Shown: piece after piece, positions 1 to 9,735 of the stretch | How positions within the stretch are numbered: the stretch's first letter is position 1 | Layout of the letters: every line of letters starts with the position of its first letter | DNA from: Dehalococcoidia bacterium | GTDB taxonomy: Bacteria; Chloroflexota; Dehalococcoidia; UBA2979 | NCBI GenBank assembly: GCA_965262725.1 | Contig: OZ253555.1 | Coordinates: 517,256-581,255, forward strand | Direction: 5' to 3' | DNA length: 64,000 nucleotides | The notes under the pieces: generated by a model | Database searches by the model: none | The model's input: only the letters and a program-made list of their open reading frames with translations | What the model was told of the DNA's origin: nothing | Translations under genes and position numbers: made by a program

Positions 1-190
1 AGGGCTCGCCGTATAGTGGGCGCCGACGCGTCTGACCCATGCCACGGGCCGCGTCTCGCGGGATCCTCCGGCGCGGGCGCGATATGACGAGTGAGGCAGC
101 GGATGCTGCTCAGCCGGCCGGGGCGATCGTGAGCCGCGCGGGCACGGCCCTGCTGCTGCGCCGATCGCCCCGGCCGCTGTGCCCGCCGGG

Positions 191-628
191 CTACTCTCGA
201 CTCAAGGGTGGGTCGTGTGTGAAGGGGCTGATCACGGAGAGGGTATCGATGCGCTGTCCGTCGGCGAGGTCTTCCGTGAGCAGGAATTCGCAGCCAGCCC
301 GCTGAGCGGCGGCAACGATCAGTGCATCCCAATGGGAGATCTGCGCGGCGCCGCCGATCTCAAGCGCGTTTGAGACGAGACTCGCGTTGATCGGGAGCGG
401 GTTCCACGTGATGAGCCTATCGATGTCGGCTCGGGCATCGTCCGGCGACATCCCGGGCGCGAGCCGACCCGTGACCGTGACGTAGTACTCATTCAGCACC
501 TGGGCACTCACACGCCCCTCGCGGGACGCCCAGAGGTGCTCCATCCACGCACGAGCCTGTTGCTGCTTGTCGGGATCATGAGTGTCCCGCGCGTACACCA
601 GGACGTTGGTGTCAACGAAGATACTCAC
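191..628 (-). CDS. vapC: PIN-domain toxin VapC
   Basis: 145 aa; N-terminus MSIFVDTNVLVYARD is typical of the PIN fold; acidic residues conserved; 4-nt overlap with the upstream small ORF. Confidence 0.8.
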   Translation of the reverse strand: MSIFVDTNVLVYARDTHDPDKQQQARAWMEHLWASREGRVSAQVLNEYYVTVTGRLAPGMSPDDARADIDRLITWNPLPINASLVSNALEIGGAAQISHWDALIVAAAQRAGCEFLLTEDLADGQRIDTLSVISPFTHDPPLSRE

Positions 629-855
629 CGTCCGTGCAACTCGGCGCGGGATGGATAGGCAGTAGATCGGGAGCTGATGTCCGCGGGCTCTTGTGCGAGA
701 TAGGACCGCCGAGCCTGTTCGTAGAGGTCGTCACGAACTCTATGCTCCCGGAGCAGGCCGCCCACCAGTCGTGACACGCTCGTGTCCCGGCGCGCGGCCT
801 CGATCCGCGTCCAGCGAGCGGTCTCGTCGTCGAGGGTGATGGTCACGTTTCTCAC
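625..855 (-). CDS. vapB: VapB-type antitoxin (small DNA-binding protein)
   Basis: 76 aa ORF directly upstream of and overlapping vapC on the same strand; classic TA pair arrangement. Confidence 0.6.
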   Translation of the reverse strand: MRNVTITLDDETARWTRIEAARRDTSVSRLVGGLLREHRVRDDLYEQARRSYLAQEPADISSRSTAYPSRAELHGR

Positions 856-1060
856 GAAGTGAGTGTAGCACGAAGATCGTGGTCCGGCATACGGTCACAC
901 CACACCCGTGCGGCACTCGCTGGTGGTCCCCCGGGGGGCGGTTGGGGGGCGCACTGCGCCATCGCCGGAGCGGTTTCGAGGCTCGCCATGCGTACGAGTG
1001 TGAAGGCGGTCGGCGGCATCCCGGCTCGGCGGGCGTCCCCGTGCGCGAGATCGAGCAGCC

Positions 1061-4000
1061 TCAGCGGTCCCCGCCGCCGTCCGTGCCGGCTTCAGGTGGC
1101 CCATCGCTCTTCGCGAGCAGGGGCGTCGCGGCGGGGAGGCCATCCGGGTAGAGCTCGCGGAAGGATCGGTTCACGAAGTCCGGCGCCCCGAGAATCAGGG
1201 GGACGAAGGCGCCGTCGTCGAGGGCGTAGAGGGCCGCGACGTGCCGGCCCTCCGCGCACACCACCAGCTCCGCGGCGCTCCCTCCCTCGTAGAGGACGAG
1301 GCTGAAGCCCGCGGCGACGACTCCGTGCAGGCACTCCGGCCGGGGTTCGGCTCCGCCCTCATCCCGGGGGCGACCGCCGCCGGTGTCGGGCGAGGACGGC
1401 CCGTCGCTTCGTGCGAGCAGGGGCGTGTCGGCGGGGAGGCCGCCCGCGTAGAGCTCGCGGAAGGATCGGTTCACGAAGTCCGGCGCCCCGAGGATGTAGG
1501 GGACGACGGCGCCGTCGTGCGTGGCGTAGAGGGCGGTGACCTGCCGGCCCGCGGCGCAGGGCACGAGATCCTCGACGCTCCCGCCTGCGTAGGTGAGGAA
1601 GCTGAAGCCCACGGCGACCTCGCCGCGCAGGCACACCGGGGCGGGCCCCGCCGCTTCCTCCTCGCCGAGGATCAGGCGATAGACGCGCGTGCGAGTGCCG
1701 TCCGGCGAGGTCACGGTGATGGTGATCTCGCGCCCCGGGAGCAGCCGCACGTGGTACCCGTTCTCCGGGTCGCCGTCGTGGTCCGGCGGATCGATCCCCA
1801 CAGACGCGCCGGGCTGGGCCGGCGCCGCCGTCAGGGTCGCGATGTTGCCGTCGGGGATTGTGTCGCTCGCATAGTCGTACCGCAGCGGTGAGAACTCCCC
1901 GAAGTCGACGCCGCTCAGACTCAGCGACGCGAGTCGGGCGTCGGCGGCGTCCGGCATGTTGTAGCTATAGACCCTGCCGTCGCTGGCATCGGCGACGTAC
2001 ATGACGTCTCCGTCGGACCAGAGGCCGCGCGGGCTGTTGTTGCTGGCCCGGCTCAGCTTCCTGAACTCCTCGCCCGAGATGCGTTCGAGCGGCGTCGGCT
2101 CGGCGTCCTCCGCCACGGGCGCAGCGGGCCGCGCCGGAAGGCGGTAGGCGTGGAGCCACTTGGTGATGTGGTCCGACACCCAGACGGTGACGCCGTCGGA
2201 CCAGATCCCGTGCGGGGCGTCGTTGGAGGAGTCGAGGGCGTACTCGGCGGTCCGCTCGCCGCTCTCGAGGTCGTGCGCGAAGAGCTTCTCCTGGCCGCTG
2301 TCGGAGATCCAGATGGTGCTGCGGTCGGACCAGACCCCACGCGGCGCGAGGTTGGTCTCGTCGAGCTCGAACTCGCGGTCCTCCACCCGCTCGCCGCTTG
2401 TGACGTCGTATGCGTAGATGGCGTCGTCGGCGCCCTGGCCGTTCTCGGCGATCCAGAGCGTGGCGCCATCGGACCAGGAGCCGGTGGGCTCGTCGTTGTC
2501 CGGGTCGAGCTCCTCGATGTCGCGGGTCACGTTCCACTCGAAGTCCAGGATGCTCGGGCTCGGCCCCGACGGCCCGCCGCCACCACCGCCGCCGATGGCG
2601 ATGCGCGGCGCGGTCGCCTGCTCGCCGGTGGTGATGGTCACGTCAATTCCGTCGGAGTCGCCGGATGGGTCGCGGGCCGTCACGCTCACGGCGTAGGAGG
2701 GCCGGATGGCGGGGTCCAGCACGACCCCCGCGCCCACCACGATCTGACCCGTGCCCGCGTCGATGCCGAACGACGCCGCATCGGTACCGGATAGCGTGTA
2801 GACGAGCGTGTCGCCGGCATCCGGGTCCGTGGCCGCGACCGGCGCGCCGACGTGTGCACCCGGCTCGGCGGTCTTCGGGACGGCGCGGACCCCGCTCTCG
2901 GTGGAGGGGAATTCCGGCGCTTCGTTCACGTCGGTGACGGTGATGGTCACCGCGATGGTGGCGGAGGCGAGGGATGGATCGGTGGCGGTGACCGACACGG
3001 TGTGGTGGTTCCTCGACTCATGGTTGAGCGGGGCACGCGTCCACAACTGGCCGGTCCGCTCGTCGATGCCGAAGGATGCCGCATCTGCGCCGCCCAGACG
3101 GTAGGTGAGCGTGTCGCCGGGGTCCGTGGCCTCGACGCGTGCGCCGATGTCCCGGTCTGGAGGTGTGTTCTCGGGCACGCTGCGCCCCCGGGTCTCCGTG
3201 GGCGGGAACGCGGGTGCGCTGTTGCTCACGGGCACCGCCCGCACACTCTCCGAGACCCGGTCGGCGCTCTTTCCGGAGCCCTCCCGGTCGCCGTAGGAGG
3301 CGGCGACCCGCAGGTAGTGGTGCAGGTCGGTGGCGCCCGGGGTGTAGGTGCGCGACGTGGCTCCGCCGATGGGGGTCCAGCCGCTCGTCCTGTTCAGGGA
3401 ACGCTCCCACGACCAGGTGATCGCCCCGGAGACGCCGTCGGGGTCGGCCAGCGTCGACGTCAGCGCGGTGTCAACCTGGGGCTGCAGCGACGAGAGGAGT
3501 ACCCTCCCGGCTTCGTCGACGTTGGTGACGGTGACGGTCACCGCGAGCGTGTCCTCGCTGGTCCCGTCGGAGGCGCGAACGGTCACCTGGTAGACGTTGT
3601 CGCGGTTGGCGTCTGTCGGGTTCTCGTAGTCCGGCGTCTCGCGGAGTCTGAGCGCGCCCCGCTCGATCGTGAGGTCGCCGCTGTCGGACCCTGCCAGCGA
3701 CCAGCCGATCCTGTCGCTCTCCGGGTCGGTGGCGGTGAAGGAACCGGCGAAGAGGCCGCCTCCTTCCGCGACGGTGATGCCGGGCGCCCCCCCGATGTCC
3801 GGTGCTTCGTTCACCTGGCCGACACGAACCGTGACCGCGATGCTGGCGTCCGTTGCGGGGTCGGGGTGACCGCCGGCGTCCGTGCCGTCACTGACCGACA
3901 CGAAGAAGGAGTAGCTAGTCCTGGTCTCATAGTCCAGGGGGTGCACGGTCCGCAGCTGACCGGTCGTGGAGACGATCTCGAAGGGGTCCGCGCCAGCGCC

Positions 4001-5989
4001 GCTCACCGCGTACGTGAGCGTGTCGCCGCGGTCCGGGTCCGCGGCCGCGACGGGCGCACCGATAGCTGCGCCCGCGGGCGTGTTTTCCGGTACGGCGCGC
4101 TCGCCGCTCTCGCCGGGCGGGAACGTCGGCGCCTCGTTCACGTCGGTCACGGTGATGGTCACGGGCAGCTCGCTGGCCCTGCTCCCGTCGAAGGCGCGCA
4201 CGATGACTCGATAGACGTTGTCTCCGTCGGCGTCCGCCGGGAGCTCATAGTCCAGGATCTCCGCCGTCAGCAGCTGACCGGACGCCGGGACGATGTCGAA
4301 GAGCGCGGCATCGCTCCCCACCAGGCTGTAGGTCAGCGTGTCGTCGTCGGGGTCCGTGGCCGTGACCGGCGCACCGAGGGTCGCACGCGGCCCCGTGTTC
4401 TCCACCACCGAACGCGCCGCGGCGCCACCGAACGCCGGCACGCGGTTCTCGCCGACCCTGAGTATCCGGTCCCCGCCGCCGCCGTTCGACGTGGTGACAT
4501 AGAGCGCTCCGTCGGGGCCCATCATCGGGGTCCGGAGCCGGCCGTATGTCCCGTCGAGTTGCGGTACGACGACCTGGCTCACGAGGGCCCCCTCCGGGGT
4601 GAATTCGAAGAGGCGCAGCTTCTGATCCCGCAGCGTGGCCACCGCCAGACGCCCCTCCCAGATCCCCCAGTGGGCGCCCTCAAGGAAGATGCCGCCGCTG
4701 GTGGCAACGGTGGAATTCCCGGACGACCATCTGGCCTGGGCGGCGCCGGGGAACTTCACGAGGTCGGTCATGGGGACGCTCTGGTTGTAGCCGGGCACCG
4801 GATCCCATCCGTAGTTGCCGCCGGCGGCGAGCAGGTTGATCTCGTCGTCAACCGTCGGTCCGTGCTCCACCGACCACATCTGGCTGGTACCGGGACGGAG
4901 CGCCAGGCCCTGCACGTTGCGGTGGCCGTAGGTGTAGATGAGGGGTGAGGCGGGGAACGGATTCCCCGGTGCCCCGGCGCCCGTCATGGCGTCGACGCGG
5001 AGGATCTTCCCGCCGAGCGAGTTCAGGTTCTGGGGAACCGTCCCGGTTCGCGCGTCGCCGGTCGCGATCCAGAGGTAGCCCCGCGGACCGAAGCGCAGCC
5101 GGCAGCCGCCGTGGGTGCTGGCCGTGGGGATGTCTCCAACGAGGGGGTCGGCCACCCGCGTCGCCACGGCGTAGGCGGCGTCGATGGTCCAGGCGACGAC
5201 CTGCACTTCCGGACCGGTATGGCTCTGGCAGGTGTAGAAGCGCCGGTTGGTGGAGAAGCGGGGATCGACGACGATCGCCATCAGCCCGACCTCGCCCCCG
5301 ACGAACAGGTCGCTGACATCGGCGGAGATGGTCTGGACGGTGCCGTCGGGGAGGCGGCTGCTCAGCACGCCTGAGCGCTGGGTGAACAACATCGTCCCGT
5401 CGGGCGTGAAGGCGATGTCCCACGGGATGGACAGGCCCGAGACGAGCGTGGTGACGCGGATGTCGGGCGGGGAAGCCTCGAGCGTGGAGGCGCCCTGCGC
5501 GCTCTCGCCGGAAGCACTCTCGTCGCGGTAGCCGGTCCGCGTGACGCCGTGGTCGGAAGTGGCGCCGGCCTCGGGGTCTCCTCCGGTGATGCCGGCGCCA
5601 CCGCCGGGCTCTTCCCCGGGCTGTCCCGTCGTCCCCCGCAGCAGTGGGCTGACCCTGGAGTCGTCCGTGCCGGTCGACGGGCCGGGCGTGTCCGGGGCAC
5701 CGTCGGCGAGCGCCGGAGCGGCGACCGCGGTGAGCGCGGCGACGAGCAGCAGCAGGGCGACGCCGACACCCGCACGGCGCCGGGAATGCGAGAGTCGCTC
5801 TGTCGCGATCACCCCGGCTGCTCCAGCTCCGATACTCGCCCGATACAGAGAAGCGCCCCCGTCGCCCGGTCCCGCACCAGGAAGATGAAGCGCGGGCCAA
5901 CGGTCAGCGTATCCCCACCGCGCCCCCGCAGCGGGTCGCGAACGAGTCAGGCGCCGATAGAGCCGGTGCCGCCGGTCATGAAGTGACAC
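1061..5989 (-). CDS. Giant secreted multidomain protein: signal peptide, PQQ/sorbosone-dehydrogenase-like beta-propeller, multiple cadherin-like repeats, Gly-rich linker, WSDG beta-propeller-like repeats, tandem C-terminal Cys-containing domain
   Basis: 1642 aa ORF; hydrophobic signal (RRRAGVGVALLLLVAALTAVAAPALA), so the real start is probably an internal GTG near 5810. SGDH-like block (GLSIPWDIAFTPDG...YTYGHRNVQGLA). Repeated VNEAP / DPD.DTLTY cadherin-type modules. Four W(S/I)WSDG..W(I/V).D blades. C-terminal ~85-aa domain present twice. Confidence 0.85.
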   Translation of the reverse strand: MSLHDRRHRLYRRLTRSRPAAGARWGYADRWPALHLPGAGPGDGGASLYRASIGAGAAGVIATERLSHSRRRAGVGVALLLLVAALTAVAAPALADGAPDTPGPSTGTDDSRVSPLLRGTTGQPGEEPGGGAGITGGDPEAGATSDHGVTRTGYRDESASGESAQGASTLEASPPDIRVTTLVSGLSIPWDIAFTPDGTMLFTQRSGVLSSRLPDGTVQTISADVSDLFVGGEVGLMAIVVDPRFSTNRRFYTCQSHTGPEVQVVAWTIDAAYAVATRVADPLVGDIPTASTHGGCRLRFGPRGYLWIATGDARTGTVPQNLNSLGGKILRVDAMTGAGAPGNPFPASPLIYTYGHRNVQGLALRPGTSQMWSVEHGPTVDDEINLLAAGGNYGWDPVPGYNQSVPMTDLVKFPGAAQARWSSGNSTVATSGGIFLEGAHWGIWEGRLAVATLRDQKLRLFEFTPEGALVSQVVVPQLDGTYGRLRTPMMGPDGALYVTTSNGGGGDRILRVGENRVPAFGGAAARSVVENTGPRATLGAPVTATDPDDDTLTYSLVGSDAALFDIVPASGQLLTAEILDYELPADADGDNVYRVIVRAFDGSRASELPVTITVTDVNEAPTFPPGESGERAVPENTPAGAAIGAPVAAADPDRGDTLTYAVSGAGADPFEIVSTTGQLRTVHPLDYETRTSYSFFVSVSDGTDAGGHPDPATDASIAVTVRVGQVNEAPDIGGAPGITVAEGGGLFAGSFTATDPESDRIGWSLAGSDSGDLTIERGALRLRETPDYENPTDANRDNVYQVTVRASDGTSEDTLAVTVTVTNVDEAGRVLLSSLQPQVDTALTSTLADPDGVSGAITWSWERSLNRTSGWTPIGGATSRTYTPGATDLHHYLRVAASYGDREGSGKSADRVSESVRAVPVSNSAPAFPPTETRGRSVPENTPPDRDIGARVEATDPGDTLTYRLGGADAASFGIDERTGQLWTRAPLNHESRNHHTVSVTATDPSLASATIAVTITVTDVNEAPEFPSTESGVRAVPKTAEPGAHVGAPVAATDPDAGDTLVYTLSGTDAASFGIDAGTGQIVVGAGVVLDPAIRPSYAVSVTARDPSGDSDGIDVTITTGEQATAPRIAIGGGGGGGPSGPSPSILDFEWNVTRDIEELDPDNDEPTGSWSDGATLWIAENGQGADDAIYAYDVTSGERVEDREFELDETNLAPRGVWSDRSTIWISDSGQEKLFAHDLESGERTAEYALDSSNDAPHGIWSDGVTVWVSDHITKWLHAYRLPARPAAPVAEDAEPTPLERISGEEFRKLSRASNNSPRGLWSDGDVMYVADASDGRVYSYNMPDAADARLASLSLSGVDFGEFSPLRYDYASDTIPDGNIATLTAAPAQPGASVGIDPPDHDGDPENGYHVRLLPGREITITVTSPDGTRTRVYRLILGEEEAAGPAPVCLRGEVAVGFSFLTYAGGSVEDLVPCAAGRQVTALYATHDGAVVPYILGAPDFVNRSFRELYAGGLPADTPLLARSDGPSSPDTGGGRPRDEGGAEPRPECLHGVVAAGFSLVLYEGGSAAELVVCAEGRHVAALYALDDGAFVPLILGAPDFVNRSFRELYPDGLPAATPLLAKSDGPPEAGTDGGGDR
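1120..1640. repeat. Tandem direct repeat (~255 bp x2) encoding the duplicated C-terminal domain of the minus-strand giant protein
   Basis: Near-identical nucleotide blocks (gtagagctcgcggaaggatcggttcacgaagtccggcgccccgag...) occur twice in tandem; protein repeats are PVCLRGEVAVGFSFLTYAGG...FVNRSFRELY and PECLHGVVAAGFSLVLYEGG...FVNRSFRELY. Confidence 0.8.
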
Positions 5990-5990
5990 A

Positions 5991-7174
5991 TCACATCTGC
6001 GGACGCAGTTCCGGGTGCTTGAGACCCGTACCTGTGTTGAACAGCACGATCCGCTCCTCGGGCTGGATCGTTCCTCCCGCTATCAGCAGTTCGAGCCCGA
6101 CGAGCGTCGATGCGCCCTCGGGGCAGGCGTCGATCCCCTCGGTGCGGCCGAAGCGGCGCATCGCGGGCACGATCGACTCGTCGGGGATGGCGACTGCTGC
6201 GCCACCGCTCTCGCGCAGGGTGCGCAGGATCAGGTCGTCGGCGAAGGGGCGGGCACACGAATGCCGGGCGCCACCGTCGCCGCGTTGTCCCACGGCTCGG
6301 CGCGCTCGTCGCCCCTGTCCCAGGCGCGCACGATCGGTGCGCAGCCGTCGGACTGCACAACGCACATGCGAGGCCGGTCGGTGCCGATCAGCCCCATCGT
6401 CTCCAGTTCCTCGAACGCCTTCCACATCCCGATCAGCCCGGTCCCACCGCCGGTCGGATAGAGCACCACGTCCGGCAGCTCGCCATCGAGTTGCTCCCAG
6501 AGCTCGTAACCCATCGTCTTCTTGCCCTCGGTGCGGTACGGCTCCCTGAGCGTCGACATCTCGAACCAGCCGTGCTCGCGGCAGCCCTCGGCGATGAGTC
6601 GCCCGGCGTCGTTGATCAGCCCGTCGACAAGCTGGAGATCGGCGCCAAGGTTCAGCACCTCCCGGATGATCGCCGCCGGGGTGTCGACAGGCATCGCGAC
6701 GTGGGCGGTCATGCCGCTATGGGCCGCGTAGGCAGCGGCGGCGGCGCCGGCGTTGCCCGCGGTCGGTATGCCGATGTCGGTCACGCCGAGGCGCCTCGCC
6801 ATCGCCATCGCGGCGGCGAGGCCGCGCGCCTTGAACGATCCGGTCGGGTTACCGCCCTCGTCCTTTACCAGCAGATCGCTGCAACCGAGTTCCGCACCGA
6901 GCCGCGGCGCGGCAAGGAGCGGAGTCATGCCCTCGCCGAGGGACACCAAGCCCACCAGCTCGCTGGCAGGCAGTACCTCGGCGTAGCGCCACATCGAGGC
7001 CTCGCGCCCGCCCAGGGCCTCGCGTGTGAGCGTCTCCCTCGCGCCGTCGAGGTCGTAGCGCGCGAACAGAGCGCGGCCACACTGGCGACAGATCGTCTGC
7101 AGCTCGTCGCACTCGCAACGCGCGCCGCAGATGTCGATCGCCAGGGTCATTGATCCACGCGTCGCCACGGTCAT
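5991..7174 (-). pseudogene. thrC: Threonine synthase (thrC), 5'-truncated by IS21 and carrying an internal frameshift near 6260-6280
   Basis: ORF 6230..7174 carries the PLP motif GSFKARG and an N-terminal CxxCG...CxxCG zinc ribbon. The C-terminal part (FADDLILRTLRESGG...FNTGTGLK) continues in another frame (ORF 5991..6425). The first annotated Met codons lie inside the IS21 terminal repeat. Confidence 0.75.
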
Positions 7175-7227
7175 TAGACCACCCGGGACGCCGGTAGGCG
7201 GCTTGATATCAGTGAGCGTCTAGCGCG

Positions 7228-8001
7228 TCAATCACCTCCCGTCTGCGCCTCGAGCAGGGCGCGGTGCGGCGAGAGCCGCTGGCGGTAGCTATCGCCCTCG
7301 ATCACGATCTGGTAGCTGGCGTTGGCGAGCCGGTCGAGGGCGCTGTTGCCGAGGATCGGGTCGTCGAAGAGACCCAGCCATTCCTCCACGGCGCGGTTCG
7401 AGGTGATGACGAAGCTGGAGCTGCGGTGGCGCCCGATGACCAGCTCGTAGAGGTCGATGGACTGCTGCGCGCTGAGGCGATGGAGCCCGAGGTCGTCGAG
7501 GATGAGCAGGTCGGGCGCGAGGAAGCTTCGGAAGACCTTCTCGGCCGAGTGGTCGACGCGGGCCTGCGCCATCTCGCGGAAGTAGTGGTCGGCCGGGGCG
7601 AAGCGCACGGTGCGTCCGGAGCGGACGGCTGAGTAGCCGAGCGCCTGGGCCAGGAAGCTCTTGCCGACGCCGACGGGGCCGACGAGCAGGACGTGCTCGC
7701 GGCGATCGAGGAAGTGCAGCGAGAAGGCGGCGTCGAGCAGGCGGCGGTCGAGCCGGATGGCGGCCGCCCAGTCGAAGTCCTCGAGGCGGCAGAGCTGCTC
7801 GAAGCCGGCCTGGCGCAGGCGCAGCTCCAACCGCCCGTGGTCGCGGCGGCTCACCTCGTCGACGAGCAGGATCTGCAGGAAGTCCGCGTAGTCGAGGTGG
7901 TCGCGCCGCGCGAGGGCGATGCGCTCGGGCAGGGTGTCGAGCATACGGCCGAGCTTGAGGCGCTTGAGCAGCGGACGGAGGTCTGAGGTGGTGGCGGTCA
8001 T
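7228..8001 (-). CDS. istB: IS21 helper ATPase IstB
   Basis: Starts MTATTSDLRPLLKRLKLGRMLD; Walker A GPVGVGKSFLAQALG, Walker B LLILDDLG; ATGA overlap with the istA stop. The ORF-track 491-aa extension upstream is a read-through artefact. Confidence 0.9.
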   Translation of the reverse strand: MTATTSDLRPLLKRLKLGRMLDTLPERIALARRDHLDYADFLQILLVDEVSRRDHGRLELRLRQAGFEQLCRLEDFDWAAAIRLDRRLLDAAFSLHFLDRREHVLLVGPVGVGKSFLAQALGYSAVRSGRTVRFAPADHYFREMAQARVDHSAEKVFRSFLAPDLLILDDLGLHRLSAQQSIDLYELVIGRHRSSSFVITSNRAVEEWLGLFDDPILGNSALDRLANASYQIVIEGDSYRQRLSPHRALLEAQTGGD

Positions 8002-9578
8002 CGTGGTGCTCCTGTCGGGGTCTGCGTGCGGGACTGTGCGAAGACGGAGCCCGAGTGGGCGAAGCGCCCCGGAGGTGGCGGCAGCTCGGGCTGGTCTGGG
8101 GTGCTCTCCTGGTCGAGGGCCTCGACGAGGATGCGCTCGAGGCGGCGCACGTCGATGAGGTCGACCTCGAGCGCGCGGCGGCAGGCGGCGTCGAGGCGGT
8201 CGGGGGAGTAGCGCTCGGCGAGCCGGAGGAGCTTGTGGCCCTGCCGCAGCTTCGCCCAGGGCAGGGAGCCCTCGAAGAGACGCTCGGCGTAGGCGCCCAC
8301 GGCCTCCCCCAGCTCGGCGGCGCGGCGCTGTATCCAGTCGGGCGCCCGCCTGGTGTAGGGGGTGAGCTCGGCCGGGTAGTCGTTCGGGTCGGTGGCCCGG
8401 CCGCCCCGGCGCTGGCGCGGGTGGACCTTGATGAGCTGACCGCGGTGGTAGATGCGCACCAGCTTCGAGCCGAGCTGCACCTCGACCTTCTGGCGGGGCG
8501 GGCAGGCCGTGGACGGCACCGAGTACAGCGCGTACTGGCAGGCGATGTGGTGGTCGGGATGGACCGTGGCGGTCCGCCAGTCGGGGACCTCGTAGGGCTC
8601 GCCGTCCCACGGAGCGAGCAGAGGGAGCTCCTCCTCCCGGAAGACCTCGAGCGGCCGGCGGCGGGTCGTGCCGTGGATGCGCTGCCCCGCCACCTCGAGG
8701 CACCAGCTGCGGGCGGCGGAGCGCAGGTCGACGATGTCCCGGAAGTCGCCGCCCTTGAAGAGGCGCTCGCGCACGTAGGGGATGCTGCGCTCGACGCGCG
8801 GCTTGTCGCGGGGATGACGTACGCGCGCCGGGTCGGTGATGAAGCCTCTGTGGCGGGCGTACTCGAGGAAGCCCCGGGTGAGGCGCGGGTGGAGCGCGTC
8901 GGCCCCGGCCACGGCGGCCGGGAAGTTATCGATGACGAGGTAGCGGGGCACGCCCCCGAAGAAGGACCAGGCCTCCTCCAGGCCCTCGATCACGGCGTCC
9001 AGCGTCTGGCTGGTGGTGGGCCACACAAAGCAGTGGCGTGAGTAGCGCCAGACGACGACCAGCGCCCACACCGCGCGCCGGCGGCCGCTCTCGGGGTCCC
9101 GGATGAAGCCGAGGCGGCCGAAGTCCATCTCCGCCACCTCGCCCGGCGGCCCGTCGTCCATGCGCACGGTCGACGGCAGCCGGTGGCGCCAGCCGCGGCG
9201 CCGGATGAAACGCCGCAGCGTGGTGTAGGAGACCTCGCAGCCTCGTCCGGCGAGGAGCTCCTGGATGCGCGTCAGTTGCAGGCGGTCGGTCTCAAGCCAG
9301 CGCTCGATCTGCTCCGCCCAGGGCGAGAGCAGCTCCTCGCTCGGCGCCTCGACCTGCCGCGGGCCGGAGAGGCTCAGCGTCGCCAGCGCGGCGAGCTGCT
9401 CCTCACTCGGCTCGGGACCGCCCGGCGTGAGGCCGGCCGCCTCGGCCGCCTCGACGTAGCGGCGCACCGTCACGCGCGATAGCCCCGTGCCGCTGGCGAT
9501 GCGGCGCTGGCTGAGCCCCGCCTGCCAGCGTCGAATGATCTCCTGGATCTCCACCCCGTGTACCTCCCGGTAGGCCAT
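7998..9578 (-). CDS. istA: IS21 transposase IstA
   Basis: Starts MAYREVHGVEIQEIIRRWQAG (HTH) followed by a DDE integrase-like core; typical IstA size (~527 aa). Confidence 0.9.
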   Translation of the reverse strand: MAYREVHGVEIQEIIRRWQAGLSQRRIASGTGLSRVTVRRYVEAAEAAGLTPGGPEPSEEQLAALATLSLSGPRQVEAPSEELLSPWAEQIERWLETDRLQLTRIQELLAGRGCEVSYTTLRRFIRRRGWRHRLPSTVRMDDGPPGEVAEMDFGRLGFIRDPESGRRRAVWALVVVWRYSRHCFVWPTTSQTLDAVIEGLEEAWSFFGGVPRYLVIDNFPAAVAGADALHPRLTRGFLEYARHRGFITDPARVRHPRDKPRVERSIPYVRERLFKGGDFRDIVDLRSAARSWCLEVAGQRIHGTTRRRPLEVFREEELPLLAPWDGEPYEVPDWRTATVHPDHHIACQYALYSVPSTACPPRQKVEVQLGSKLVRIYHRGQLIKVHPRQRRGGRATDPNDYPAELTPYTRRAPDWIQRRAAELGEAVGAYAERLFEGSLPWAKLRQGHKLLRLAERYSPDRLDAACRRALEVDLIDVRRLERILVEALDQESTPDQPELPPPPGRFAHSGSVFAQSRTQTPTGAPR

Positions 9579-9649
9579 CGCTGCTCCCTCCGCTGGGGAT
9601 GCAGGCGATGGTGGCCGTACCGGCGACCCGGGCGGGCAGGAGTCCCTGA

Positions 9650-9735
9650 CGGGGTGGATCAATGACCCTGGCGAAGTGGATCAATGACCCTGGCGATCTG
9701 GCGATTTCGTGGTCTATAGACCTTGGCGATTCACA
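9650..9735. repeat. IS21 right-end multiple terminal repeats (putative transposase binding sites)
   Basis: Two tandem copies of GTGGATCAATGACCCTGGCGA plus GGTCTATAGACCTTGGCGA; related copies in inverted orientation at the left end (7132-7180). Confidence 0.7.

Larger units (their letters stand above)
7132..9735. mobile_element. IS21-family insertion sequence (~2.6 kb) with istA-istB
   Basis: Termini 5'-TGTCGATCGCCAGGGTCATTGATCCAC ... CCTTGGCGATTCACA-3' (TG...CA). Multiple ~20-bp repeats (GTGGATCAATGACCCTGGCGA; GGTCTA(T/A)(A/T)GACC.TGGCGA) at both ends. Flanked by a 7-bp direct repeat CCGCAGA (7125-7131 and 9736-9742). Confidence 0.85.

Noticed and set aside
859-1305. Arg/Pro/Gly-rich ORFs here and similar ones at 2852..4948, 4848..5900, 14423..15502, 16028..17677, 24556..26574, 27393..28799, 27874..29547, 38411..39886, 39807..42239, 53980..55389, 56701..58266, 59431..60798, 61308..62294, 62928..63788
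   Set aside because: Alternative-frame or antisense ORFs typical of high-GC DNA; they overlap well-supported genes and translate to RGPA-rich junk.
7150-7174. Apparently intact thrC start codons
   Set aside because: Both candidate Met codons lie inside the IS21 terminal repeat; they are fortuitous IS-encoded starts, not the native N-terminus.
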